DNA of 27,128 nucleotides from Chloroflexota bacterium. Its GTDB lineage: Bacteria > Chloroflexota > Dehalococcoidia > GIF9 > UBA5629. The stretch spans positions 1 through 27,128 of the forward strand of contig VGOF01000001.1 in NCBI GenBank assembly GCA_016875975.1, given 5' to 3'. Position 1 is the stretch's first letter; each line of letters starts with the position of its first letter. The notes below the pieces were generated by a model. The model saw only the letters and a list, made by a program, of their open reading frames with translations, was not told the DNA's origin and searched no databases. Position numbers and translations under genes: made by a program. Positions 1-7,946 of the stretch are shown piece by piece.

Positions 1-312
1 CCCAAGAACATCGAACTCGTCGAACCATTGGACTTTCTCGCTTTCCTCCAGCTCGAGAGCAATGCCCGACTGCTCCTCACAGACTCCGGAGGAGTTCAAG
101 AAGAAGCTTGCATCCTGAAAGTTCCCTGTGTTACCTTAAGAGACAATACCGAAAGACCTGAAACCATAAACGTTGGCGCCAATGTCCTGGCAGGAGCAAC
201 ACCCAACAAAATATTGGAATGCACTAGGCTTATGCTCCAGCGTAGCACCAAGTGGAAGAATCCCTTCGGTGACGGCAAGGCTGGCCAGAGGATTGTTGAA
301 ATAGTGACTTGA
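1..312 (+). CDS. wecB: UDP-N-acetylglucosamine 2-epimerase (non-hydrolysing), C-terminal part; 5' truncated by window edge
   Basis: Frame is open from base 1 (PKNIELVEPLDFLAFLQLE...). Contains the hallmark TDSGGVQEEA...VPCVTLRDNTERPE and NPFGDGKA motifs. Confidence 0.93.
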   Translation, partial: PKNIELVEPLDFLAFLQLESNARLLLTDSGGVQEEACILKVPCVTLRDNTERPETINVGANVLAGATPNKILECTRLMLQRSTKWKNPFGDGKAGQRIVEIVT

Positions 313-322
313 ACGTTGAACG
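309..322 (+). repeat. Heptamer array A (2 units)
   Basis: ttgaacg ttgaacg. Contains the wecB stop TGA at 310-312. Short, so supported mainly by similarity to the other arrays. Confidence 0.55.
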
Positions 323-337
323 CACAAGGAGAACAGT

Positions 338-1261
338 ATGCCTAAAATCTTGGTAACCGGAGGCAAAGGATTCATCGGTTCCAACCTTGTTCCCGAACTC
401 CGAAACAGAGGCCACGAAGTATGGGTATGCGACCTGGGCCAATCTGAAGGCCCGAACTATATCCGCTGCGACGTCAGCAAGTACCGGCAACTCGAGCGTA
501 TCTTCGAGCAACACAAGTTCAACTACGTCTACCACCTGGCAGCAGAATATGGCCGTTGGAACGGTGAAGACTATTACGAGAACCTCTGGCTGACAAACGT
601 GGTAGGCACCAAAAACTTGATCCGCATCCAGGAACAGAAGAAATTCCGCATGATTTTCTTCTCCAGCGCTGAGGTCTACGGCGACTATGATGGCGCAATG
701 AGCGAAGACACCATGGACAAGATACCCATCAAACAGATGAACGACTACGCCATGACTAAGTGGGTCGGCGAGCTTCAAGTTTTAAACTCAGCAGCCATGG
801 TTGGTACCGAGGCTGTCAGAGTGAGGCCAGTCAATGCCTATGGCCCACATGAACATTACAGCCCCTACCGCGGCGTGATACCAGCTTTCATCTACAAAGC
901 ACTGCATAATGAACCCTACACCGTCTATCTGGGACACAAGCGCATCTTCGATTACGTTGAGGACACCTGCTGCACCTTCGCCAACATCATTGATAACTTC
1001 AAGCCCGGCGAAGTATACAACATAGGCGGCAAAGAGGAATGGGAACACGATATAAAGTATGTCTCGGATCTGATATTAAAGAACCTGGGTAAATCAGACG
1101 CCAAGGTGACCTATAAGGAAGCTGAGCCTTTCACTACCCGCTTCAAGCACATGGACTTCTCCAAATCCAGAAGAGACCTGAAGCACGACCCGAAGATTCC
1201 GTTGGAGGAAGGAATCCCCAAAACTATTGAGTGGATGCGCAAAACCTACGGGTTTAAGTAG
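338..1261 (+). CDS. NAD-dependent epimerase/dehydratase (extended SDR)
   Basis: GGKGFIG Rossmann motif, SSAEVYG, catalytic YAMTK (YxxxK), NAYGP. SD aaggag upstream. Confidence 0.92.
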   Translation: MPKILVTGGKGFIGSNLVPELRNRGHEVWVCDLGQSEGPNYIRCDVSKYRQLERIFEQHKFNYVYHLAAEYGRWNGEDYYENLWLTNVVGTKNLIRIQEQKKFRMIFFSSAEVYGDYDGAMSEDTMDKIPIKQMNDYAMTKWVGELQVLNSAAMVGTEAVRVRPVNAYGPHEHYSPYRGVIPAFIYKALHNEPYTVYLGHKRIFDYVEDTCCTFANIIDNFKPGEVYNIGGKEEWEHDIKYVSDLILKNLGKSDAKVTYKEAEPFTTRFKHMDFSKSRRDLKHDPKIPLEEGIPKTIEWMRKTYGFK

Positions 1262-1267
1262 CCCAAG

Positions 1268-1302
1268 CCAAACCCCGAACTTCAAACTCTGAACTTCGAA
1301 CT
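1268..1302 (+). repeat. Heptamer array B (5 units)
   Basis: ccaaacc ccgaact tcaaact ctgaact tcgaact, strict 7-bp period, filling most of the intergenic gap. Confidence 0.85.
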
Positions 1303-1305
1303 CTT

Positions 1306-2505
1306 ATGAGAATTCTTATCGTCCAAGAGAGCGATTGGCTCAAACGGGGACCCCATCAGCAACATCAATTGGCGGACCGCCTTTCACTCAAAGGACACCA
1401 GATTCGGGTAATCGATTATGAAATTCTATGGCGGGAGCAGACCAAAAAAGAGCTATTCTCCAGACGGCAGGTATTCCAGGATATAGGGAAAATCAATCCC
1501 CAGGCGAAGGTGACTGTCATTCGCCCAGGCATTATCAAAATACCCATTCTAGACTACGTCTCGCTCGTTTTCACCCACCAGCGAGAAATCGCACGTCAAA
1601 TTGCCGAGTTCCAGCCTGATGTCGTAGTTAGCTTTGGCATATTGAACAATTACCTGGCGCTGAGGGCAGCAAAGAAACACAAAATCCCCTTTATTTACTA
1701 CTGGATAGATGTGCTACACCATCTCATTCCCATAAAACCCCTACAATTCATCGGGCAGTCCCTGGAAAGCAGGGCACTAAGACAGGCAGATAGAGTGCTG
1801 ACCATCAACGACAAGCTCAGAGACTATGTCCTATCTGCAGGAGCAACAGATAAAAAAACACGCGTAATCAGAGCAGGAATTGACATAGAGCAATTCAAGC
1901 CTTCAGGCAAATCCAGTGAAATCAGACAAACGTACAGGCTCAGAGAAAACGATGTCGTCTTGTTCTTCATGGGCTGGCTCTATCACTTCTCCGGCTTGAA
2001 AGAGGTGGCTCTTGAGCTGGCCAAGACGGATGACCCAAGATTGAAATTGCTCATCGTGGGCGAAGGCGATGCCTTTGAAGACCTGAAAAGGATACAGGAG
2101 AAACACAACCTTCAAGACCGGGTTATCCTCACCGGGCAGAAGCCCTACACAGAGATGCCTGCCTTTATCGAAGCTTCAGATATATGCCTCCTGCCAGCCT
2201 ATCCACAGGAGAAGGTAATGCAAGACATCGTGCCCATAAAACTGTACGAATACCTGGCTATGGAGAAACCGGTCATAGCTACCAGACTTCCCGGCATTAT
2301 GCAAGAGTTCGGCGAAGATAACGGTGTGGTCTACATCAATGAACCTGAAGATACCATCGTTAAAGCCAAAAGCTTGGCTGAAAGTGATAAAATGGGGGAA
2401 TTCGGCATCAAGGCCAGGAAATTTGTCGAGAAATACAGTTGGAATAAACTAACCGCCGAATTCGAAGAAATTCTAAGAGAGGCCACAGGCAGTTCGAAGT
2501 TCTAG
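1306..2505 (+). CDS. Glycosyltransferase family 4 (GT-B)
   Basis: C-terminal GT4 signatures (LLIVGEG, PIKLYEYLAMEKPVIAT, YSWNKLT) and N-terminal MRILIV. Confidence 0.92.
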   Translation: MRILIVQESDWLKRGPHQQHQLADRLSLKGHQIRVIDYEILWREQTKKELFSRRQVFQDIGKINPQAKVTVIRPGIIKIPILDYVSLVFTHQREIARQIAEFQPDVVVSFGILNNYLALRAAKKHKIPFIYYWIDVLHHLIPIKPLQFIGQSLESRALRQADRVLTINDKLRDYVLSAGATDKKTRVIRAGIDIEQFKPSGKSSEIRQTYRLRENDVVLFFMGWLYHFSGLKEVALELAKTDDPRLKLLIVGEGDAFEDLKRIQEKHNLQDRVILTGQKPYTEMPAFIEASDICLLPAYPQEKVMQDIVPIKLYEYLAMEKPVIATRLPGIMQEFGEDNGVVYINEPEDTIVKAKSLAESDKMGEFGIKARKFVEKYSWNKLTAEFEEILREATGSSKF

Positions 2506-2527
2506 ATTCAAGGTTATAAAAGTTCAA
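2491..2527 (-). repeat. Heptamer array C, inverted orientation (4 in-phase units plus 1)
   Basis: + strand agttcga agttcta gattcaa ggttata aa agttcaa. The reverse complement of 2491-2518 is tataacc ttgaatc tagaact tcgaact. Contains the GT4 stop TAG at 2503-2505. Confidence 0.85.
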
Positions 2528-2547
2528 TACATATTTGTTATCGCATA

Positions 2548-2937
2548 ATGAAAATCGACAGGTTTGAAGACATCGAGGCTTGGAAAGAAGCGCGAAATTT
2601 GGTCAACACGATTTACAACATTTCAAATGAAGGGCTATTTCCAAAAGATTTCAGTCTGAAGAATCAAATCCGTGGGGCTTCGGTTTCCGTAATGTCCAAC
2701 ATCGCCGAGGGATTTGACAGAGGAACAAATAGGGAATTCACACAATTCCTTATAGTAGCTAGAGCTTCCGCTTCCGAAGTAAAAAGCCAATTATATATAG
2801 CCTTGGATCGCAATTATATAGATAAAAACGAGTTTGACACAGTATACCAACAAGCAACGAAAGTCATCAGCATTATCGATGGATTCATCCGTTATTTGAA
2901 AAAACCCAGAACCTGTAACGTAGAACATAGAACGTAG
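2548..2937 (+). CDS. Four helix bundle protein (23S rRNA intervening-sequence protein / S23 / Avd-like family)
   Basis: 129 aa with the family pattern FEDIEAWKEA...FPKDFSLKNQIRGASVSVMSNIAEGFDR...FLIVARASASEVKSQLYIALDRNYI. The last ~10 codons are encoded by array D. Confidence 0.92.
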   Translation: MKIDRFEDIEAWKEARNLVNTIYNISNEGLFPKDFSLKNQIRGASVSVMSNIAEGFDRGTNREFTQFLIVARASASEVKSQLYIALDRNYIDKNEFDTVYQQATKVISIIDGFIRYLKKPRTCNVEHRT

Positions 2938-2955
2938 AACTTCTGACTTTGAACA
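2907..2955 (+). repeat. Heptamer array D (7 units)
   Basis: cagaacc tgtaacg tagaaca tagaacg tagaact tctgact ttgaaca. Overlaps the 3' end and stop of the four-helix-bundle gene. Confidence 0.9.
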
Positions 2956-2967
2956 GAAAGGAGTAAC

Positions 2968-3966
2968 ATGGAACAATATATGAGAGAGTATAAGGGGAAG
3001 AATGTCCTGATCACCGGCGGCGCAGGTTGCATTGGCAGCAACCTGACCAAAGCCCTCATCAAGGCTGAAACCGGGAAGGTAATCGTCCTTGATGACCTGT
3101 CGGCGGCGGAGAAATGGAATGTTCCGGTTGACCCATCCGTCCTTTTCGTAGAGGGCAGCGTGGTAGATGATGAGGTATTAAAAAGGGTCTTTGCCATCAA
3201 GCTGGACTATGTCTTCCACCTGGCCGCTCATTTTGCCAACCAGAATTCCGTGGATAACCCGGAGACAGACCTCGAAGTCAACGGTCTGGGCACATTGAGA
3301 GTGCTGGAATATGCCAATCTGACCAAGGTGAAAAGGTTTGTCTTCGCCTCATCAGGATGTTCAGTGTACGGCAGCCAGGCACCACTGCCACTCAAAGAAG
3401 ATTTCGTCTCCCTGCACCTTGATACCCCCTACCAGATAACAAAACTCCTGGGCGAGCTGTATTGCAATTTCTACCAGAACTATTATGGCCTCCCCGTAGC
3501 TATTGCTCGCTACTTCAACGTCTACGGCCCAGGGGAAATACCCGGCGCTTACCGCAATGTCATCCCCAACTTCATGTACTGGGCATTGCACCAGATGCCG
3601 CTTCCCATCACCGGCACTGGTGAAGAGACCAGGGACTTCACCTTTGTCGAAGATATAGTTGACGGCACGCTTCGTTGCGGTGTGGTTCCAGAAGCTGTTG
3701 GACAGGCGTTCAACCTGGCATCAGAGACAGAAACAAAGGTAGTAGACATCGCCAGTATGGTGAACGAACTCACTGGCAACCTTGGCGGAGTAAAATTCCT
3801 GGCACGCCGCGACTGGGACAAGATCACCAAGAGAAGAGCTTCCATTCAAAAGGCACACAAGGTTTTAGGATATCAGCCAAAAACAAAAATGAAGGATGGG
3901 ATTAATAAGGTATACAATTGGATTGTGGAAAACCGCGAGAAAATAGAGGCATGCGCCAAGTTCTAA
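2968..3966 (+). CDS. NAD-dependent epimerase/dehydratase (extended SDR)
   Basis: TGGAGCIG, FASSGCSVYG, PYQITK (YxxxK), RYFNVYGPGE, TRDFTFV. SD aaggag upstream. Confidence 0.92.
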   Translation: MEQYMREYKGKNVLITGGAGCIGSNLTKALIKAETGKVIVLDDLSAAEKWNVPVDPSVLFVEGSVVDDEVLKRVFAIKLDYVFHLAAHFANQNSVDNPETDLEVNGLGTLRVLEYANLTKVKRFVFASSGCSVYGSQAPLPLKEDFVSLHLDTPYQITKLLGELYCNFYQNYYGLPVAIARYFNVYGPGEIPGAYRNVIPNFMYWALHQMPLPITGTGEETRDFTFVEDIVDGTLRCGVVPEAVGQAFNLASETETKVVDIASMVNELTGNLGGVKFLARRDWDKITKRRASIQKAHKVLGYQPKTKMKDGINKVYNWIVENREKIEACAKF

Positions 3967-3983
3967 TTACCGGCAGGGAAACA

Positions 3984-4046
3984 CTGGACGCAGAACTTAG
4001 AACGCAGAAAATAGAACTTAGAATCTTGAACATAGAACTTCGAACT
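3984..4046 (+). repeat. Heptamer array E (9 units)
   Basis: ctggacg cagaact tagaacg cagaaaa tagaact tagaatc ttgaaca tagaact tcgaact, strict 7-bp period. Confidence 0.92.
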
Positions 4047-4077
4047 CTCATGCCCCAGATTTTAGCTTGTTAGGAGA

Positions 4078-5160
4078 ATGATGTCATCTAAACTTAATGT
4101 TGCCATAGTGGGGTGTGGTGCTGTAGCTGATAAACGCCATATCCCCAGTTTTGCCAGATTGAAAGACAAGGTCGCTGTGCGGGCTGTATGTGACAAAAAT
4201 GAGGAACTGGCAAAACTGGTCGCCTTGAGACATGGAATTCCTAGGGTCTTTGTTAGCCAGGCAGAGATGCTCAAGGCTGAAGAAATTGACATAGTTGACG
4301 TCTGCACCCCACCTCAGATACACGCTCCCATAGCGGTCGAGGCGCTTGAAGCTGGCTGCCATGTGCTGATGGAAAAACCCATGGCGCTTACTACTGCTGA
4401 TTGTGACAAGATGATAGAGGCGGCGATAAAGAACAATCGTAAGCTCTGTATTGTTCACAACGTGCTCTTTCATCCCCCGCTTATCAAAGCCAGAGAGATG
4501 GTCAAAGCGGGAGCCATAGGCGACTTCAGAGGCATGAGAATCCTGTTATCAGACCCCAAGGATGAAATGATAATGCGCCAGGACTACTGGATACACAAGC
4601 TGCCCGGTGGATTGATTGGTGAAACTGGTCCTCATCCTGTCTATATCTCCCTGGCTTTTCTGGATAAGGTTAATAACGTAGAAGTATTTGCTAAAAATTA
4701 TCTGGTGCATCCCTGGGCACCATTTGATGAGTTCAGGCTCGAACTCGATGCTGATAACGGAATGAGTTCGGTGGCTATCTCTTATTCCGGTGAGCGGTAT
4801 GCTGCAGAGGTAGAGATATTCGGCTCAGAAGGTGCTCTATACATAGACCTCCAGAGCATGCTGCTGGTGAGACACGGTGTAAAGAAAACTCTAAACTCTG
4901 CTAAGTTGGTCTCAACATCTCTCGGCACTGTAACGCAGATTATCGGCGGCCTCATAGCCAACGGATTTAAGACAATCACCGGCCAGTTCAGAGTGGGACA
5001 TGAAAAAATAGTGGAGCTATTTGTCGATAGCATTATTCAAGATACCACTCCGCCTGTTACAGGTGAAGAAGGACGGGAGGTTATAAGGCTAATGGAGATG
5101 ATAGTTGACAGGCTTTATAACAAATACGGTCGACCTCCAGCATCTGAACCTGGAACTTAG
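4078..5160 (+). CDS. Gfo/Idh/MocA family oxidoreductase
   Basis: VAIVGCGAVA N-terminus, HVLMEKPMA motif, DIVDVCTPPQIH. SD aggag upstream. Confidence 0.92.
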   Translation: MMSSKLNVAIVGCGAVADKRHIPSFARLKDKVAVRAVCDKNEELAKLVALRHGIPRVFVSQAEMLKAEEIDIVDVCTPPQIHAPIAVEALEAGCHVLMEKPMALTTADCDKMIEAAIKNNRKLCIVHNVLFHPPLIKAREMVKAGAIGDFRGMRILLSDPKDEMIMRQDYWIHKLPGGLIGETGPHPVYISLAFLDKVNNVEVFAKNYLVHPWAPFDEFRLELDADNGMSSVAISYSGERYAAEVEIFGSEGALYIDLQSMLLVRHGVKKTLNSAKLVSTSLGTVTQIIGGLIANGFKTITGQFRVGHEKIVELFVDSIIQDTTPPVTGEEGREVIRLMEMIVDRLYNKYGRPPASEPGT

Positions 5161-5171
5161 AACGTAGCACT
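5144..5171 (+). repeat. Heptamer array F (4 units)
   Basis: ctgaacc tggaact tagaacg tagcact. Contains the oxidoreductase stop TAG at 5158-5160 and abuts the next GTG start. Confidence 0.8.
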
Positions 5172-5999
5172 GTGAAACAGATGCCACAAAAAGAAAAGGA
5201 ATCGGTCCGGCAGTTCTGGGACGCAGTCCCCTGTGGCACCGGCGATGTTAGCATAAAGCCTGGGACACTTGAATACTTTGAGGCTATTTCGGAAAGACGT
5301 AACAAGCTGGAGCCCTTTATCGCTGACTATGCCCGATTTGAAAAATGGGTGGGTAAAAGGGTGCTGGAGGTGGGATGTGGTGCCGGTAGCGACCTGTTGC
5401 GCTTTGCCAGAGCAGGTGCCCGTGTCGCCGGTATGGACTTATCGCCGCGCTCGGCTGCGCTGGCAAAGAGCAGGCTGTGCCTTTATAACTGCCAGGGCGG
5501 TGTGCTCATAGCCGATGCCGAACAATTGCCCTTTAAAAATCGTTCGTTTGACCTCGTTTACTCCTGGGGAGTCCTGCACCATACGCCCGATACTGAACAA
5601 GCCATTAAAGAAATATACCGTGTTACCAGTCCGGGTGGTGAGATTTGTATTATGCTCTACCACAGGCACTCTCTGGTTTCTCTACAAATGTACCTGCGCT
5701 ATGGTCTCTTCGTTTTCAAGCCCCTGAGGAGCTTGAAAGATATACTTGCCAGTCACCATGAGAGCCCGGGCACAAAAGCATATACCGTAACCGAGGCTCG
5801 GCAGATGTTCTCGGCATTTAGAGACGTGAAAATTAAGGTTTGCCTTACTCCTTATGACCTCCGCTACCGGAGAGACGGCTACCTTCCGTCATGGGTTGGC
5901 AACTTCATCCCGAAGCGTCTTGGCTGGTTCATAATCATCATGGGGCGGAAGTCCTCGCAGGAGGTTAAAGTAAAATGCCTGGAATATGCGGCGCTGTAG
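5172..5999 (+). CDS. Class I SAM-dependent methyltransferase (start may be ATG 5181)
   Basis: VLEVGCGAG motif I and FDLVYSWGVLHHTPD...EIYRV..PGG. Confidence 0.9.
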   Translation: MKQMPQKEKESVRQFWDAVPCGTGDVSIKPGTLEYFEAISERRNKLEPFIADYARFEKWVGKRVLEVGCGAGSDLLRFARAGARVAGMDLSPRSAALAKSRLCLYNCQGGVLIADAEQLPFKNRSFDLVYSWGVLHHTPDTEQAIKEIYRVTSPGGEICIMLYHRHSLVSLQMYLRYGLFVFKPLRSLKDILASHHESPGTKAYTVTEARQMFSAFRDVKIKVCLTPYDLRYRRDGYLPSWVGNFIPKRLGWFIIIMGRKSSQEVKVKCLEYAAL

Positions 6000-7837
6000 G
6001 AATCAAGAACGAGGGACTATTAAAGAGAATGGCGTCGCTCATGGAGCACAGGGGGGAGATAATCGAGGTCTCCGCCAATAATGGCGCCACGGTTGCGGTA
6101 ATCCGCCGCACCCATGAACCCGGACTGCATAACCGGGGAGCCACGTCTATCGCCCTCGACCATGATATTTATGCCATGGGCAGCCGGCTGGTTGAAGACG
6201 ATTCACAGATTTACCCGCACCTCGAAACCGTCGCTTCAATTAAAGAGGCTGTAAAAGCCCTCAGGGGGAGCTTCGCTCTCGCCATTGTCAACGCGGGCAG
6301 CCGGCAGGCAAAGCTGACTTTAGCCCGTGACATATACGGCGCCCGGTCCATGTATTATCTGCAGACCCGCCAGGCGCTCTTCTTTGCTTCTGAGATGAAA
6401 TGTTTCCTGGCTCTTGAGGAATTTAAGCCGGAAATCAATCCCGAAGCGCTGTATCACTATCTGAGTTGCGGTTTTATATCTGATAAGCGGACTTTGCTCA
6501 AGCATGTTTACAAGGTTCTGCCGGGAGAGCTGGTGGAGTTTGAAGATGGAGAAGTTAGACGCTGTAAATACTGGCACCCGATGCCCTGTCAGCAGACGCC
6601 ATTAGATATAGACCACTGGATTCAGTCCACCTGGGATAACCTCAAAGACGCCGCCACCACCCAATTGCCCGGGAAAGAAGGTAAGATAGGGGTGGCGCTT
6701 AGCGGGGGGCTGGACTCATCTTTGATCGCCGCTACTCTAAAACACGTCAGCCGTGACTCCAAAATCATAAACTTCTCCCTGGACTACGGTGATGGTGATA
6801 GTGCCGAGCTGGACATGGCGATGAAGATATCCGGATACCTGGATATGGATTGCCGCATCGTCAAACTGCATGCAGAGAAAATCGTAGCCGACCTGGAGCG
6901 ACTGCAATGGCTCTATGATGAACCTCTGATAAAGTTCACCTTCATACCCACCTATTATCTTATGAACGCCGCCAGCGAGGAGGTGAAGACACTGTTCACC
7001 GGCGATGGCGGAGACGAGCTATTTATCGGCTACAGAAATGACTACTGGCAAGACCCTCTGATAATCAGCTTCTTCTCGAAGCTGGGAGCAATCAGGAAGC
7101 CAGCCCTGAAAGCGGGCAAGTGCCTGGCTACGCCACTGGCTAACTGGACTGGCTCAAAAACTCTATCGTTAGCCACAGAATTTTTCACCAGGGAGCATGC
7201 CAGCCATCCGGAATGGCAATACAGGATCGCCTCTCGGGTTTTTCATCCCTATTTCCCGGAGGAGGACCTGCCGAGATTGCTCAATAACAGCAGTTCACAG
7301 GGAATAACCGATACCACCGTCGAAGCCATCAACACATCAAAAGCCCACAGTAACATCGAGAAAATATCTTATGTCATGGTTAGCGGTGAACTCCCCAACG
7401 ACCTGCTCAGATTGGACAAATCTGCGGCGGCTACCGGACTGAAAATAAGGTCGCCGCTCCTCGACCCGCATATGACGAATTTTGCCCTGAGTATCCCCAT
7501 ATCACTTAGGCACCGTCATGGAACAACCAAGCACTTGCTCAGGCAATTAATCAAAAACTATGACTTGCTCCCGCCGGAGGTAGCTGCCGGTAAGCAGAAG
7601 GCAGGGTTAACTGCACCCATACATCAGTGGCTGACCGAGAGCCCATCGCGGGACTACTTCGATGCCCTGCTAAAGTCCAACACCAGCATTCCCAACCTGA
7701 ATATGTCCTACGTACATAAGTTCTACCCCCCAAAAACATACACCCAGACCTTGAAAGCCTGGGCTTTAATAGGCGTGCTTTTGTGGCTGAAAACTCTCAC
7801 TGCCAAATCCGGAAGGCATTTTCATGACACCGACTAA
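5975..7837 (+). CDS. asnB: Asparagine synthase-like (AsnB family) amidoligase, probably glycan-modifying
   Basis: LARDIYGARSMYY, FASEMK, ATP-binding LSGGLDSS, FTGDGGDELFIGY, RSPLLD. The N-terminus is MPGICG rather than MCG. Confidence 0.85.
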   Translation: MPGICGAVGIKNEGLLKRMASLMEHRGEIIEVSANNGATVAVIRRTHEPGLHNRGATSIALDHDIYAMGSRLVEDDSQIYPHLETVASIKEAVKALRGSFALAIVNAGSRQAKLTLARDIYGARSMYYLQTRQALFFASEMKCFLALEEFKPEINPEALYHYLSCGFISDKRTLLKHVYKVLPGELVEFEDGEVRRCKYWHPMPCQQTPLDIDHWIQSTWDNLKDAATTQLPGKEGKIGVALSGGLDSSLIAATLKHVSRDSKIINFSLDYGDGDSAELDMAMKISGYLDMDCRIVKLHAEKIVADLERLQWLYDEPLIKFTFIPTYYLMNAASEEVKTLFTGDGGDELFIGYRNDYWQDPLIISFFSKLGAIRKPALKAGKCLATPLANWTGSKTLSLATEFFTREHASHPEWQYRIASRVFHPYFPEEDLPRLLNNSSSQGITDTTVEAINTSKAHSNIEKISYVMVSGELPNDLLRLDKSAAATGLKIRSPLLDPHMTNFALSIPISLRHRHGTTKHLLRQLIKNYDLLPPEVAAGKQKAGLTAPIHQWLTESPSRDYFDALLKSNTSIPNLNMSYVHKFYPPKTYTQTLKAWALIGVLLWLKTLTAKSGRHFHDTD

Positions 7838-7851
7838 CGATTGGCCAATCG
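7838..7851. other. Perfect 14-bp palindrome at the convergent junction
   Basis: cgattggccaatcg begins immediately after the asnB-like stop. Function unknown. Confidence 0.4.
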
Positions 7852-7946
7852 GGAAGCCACCGGCACTTATTACAAATTAATATGCTATGAACTGAAATTC
7901 TACTATCGCGGCAGGTTAGCCACAGATTTCTATACCCACTGCCTCA

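Noticed and set aside
2548-2937. Diversity-generating retroelement, suggested by the Avd-like gene
   Set aside because: No reverse transcriptase and no template/variable repeat pair differing at adenines are visible in the window.
2491-2955. 23S rRNA gene with an intervening sequence
   Set aside because: The flanks are intact protein-coding genes and no rRNA-like sequence is present.
309-5171. CRISPR array, plasmid iterons or integron attC sites as an explanation of the heptamer arrays
   Set aside because: No spacers, Rep or DnaA-box context, integrase, or GTTRRRY-bounded attC hairpins were recognised. The arrays are simple 7-bp periodic tracts.
7852-7946. Intrinsic terminator between the convergent blocks
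   Set aside because: No strong GC hairpin followed by a U-tract on either strand.
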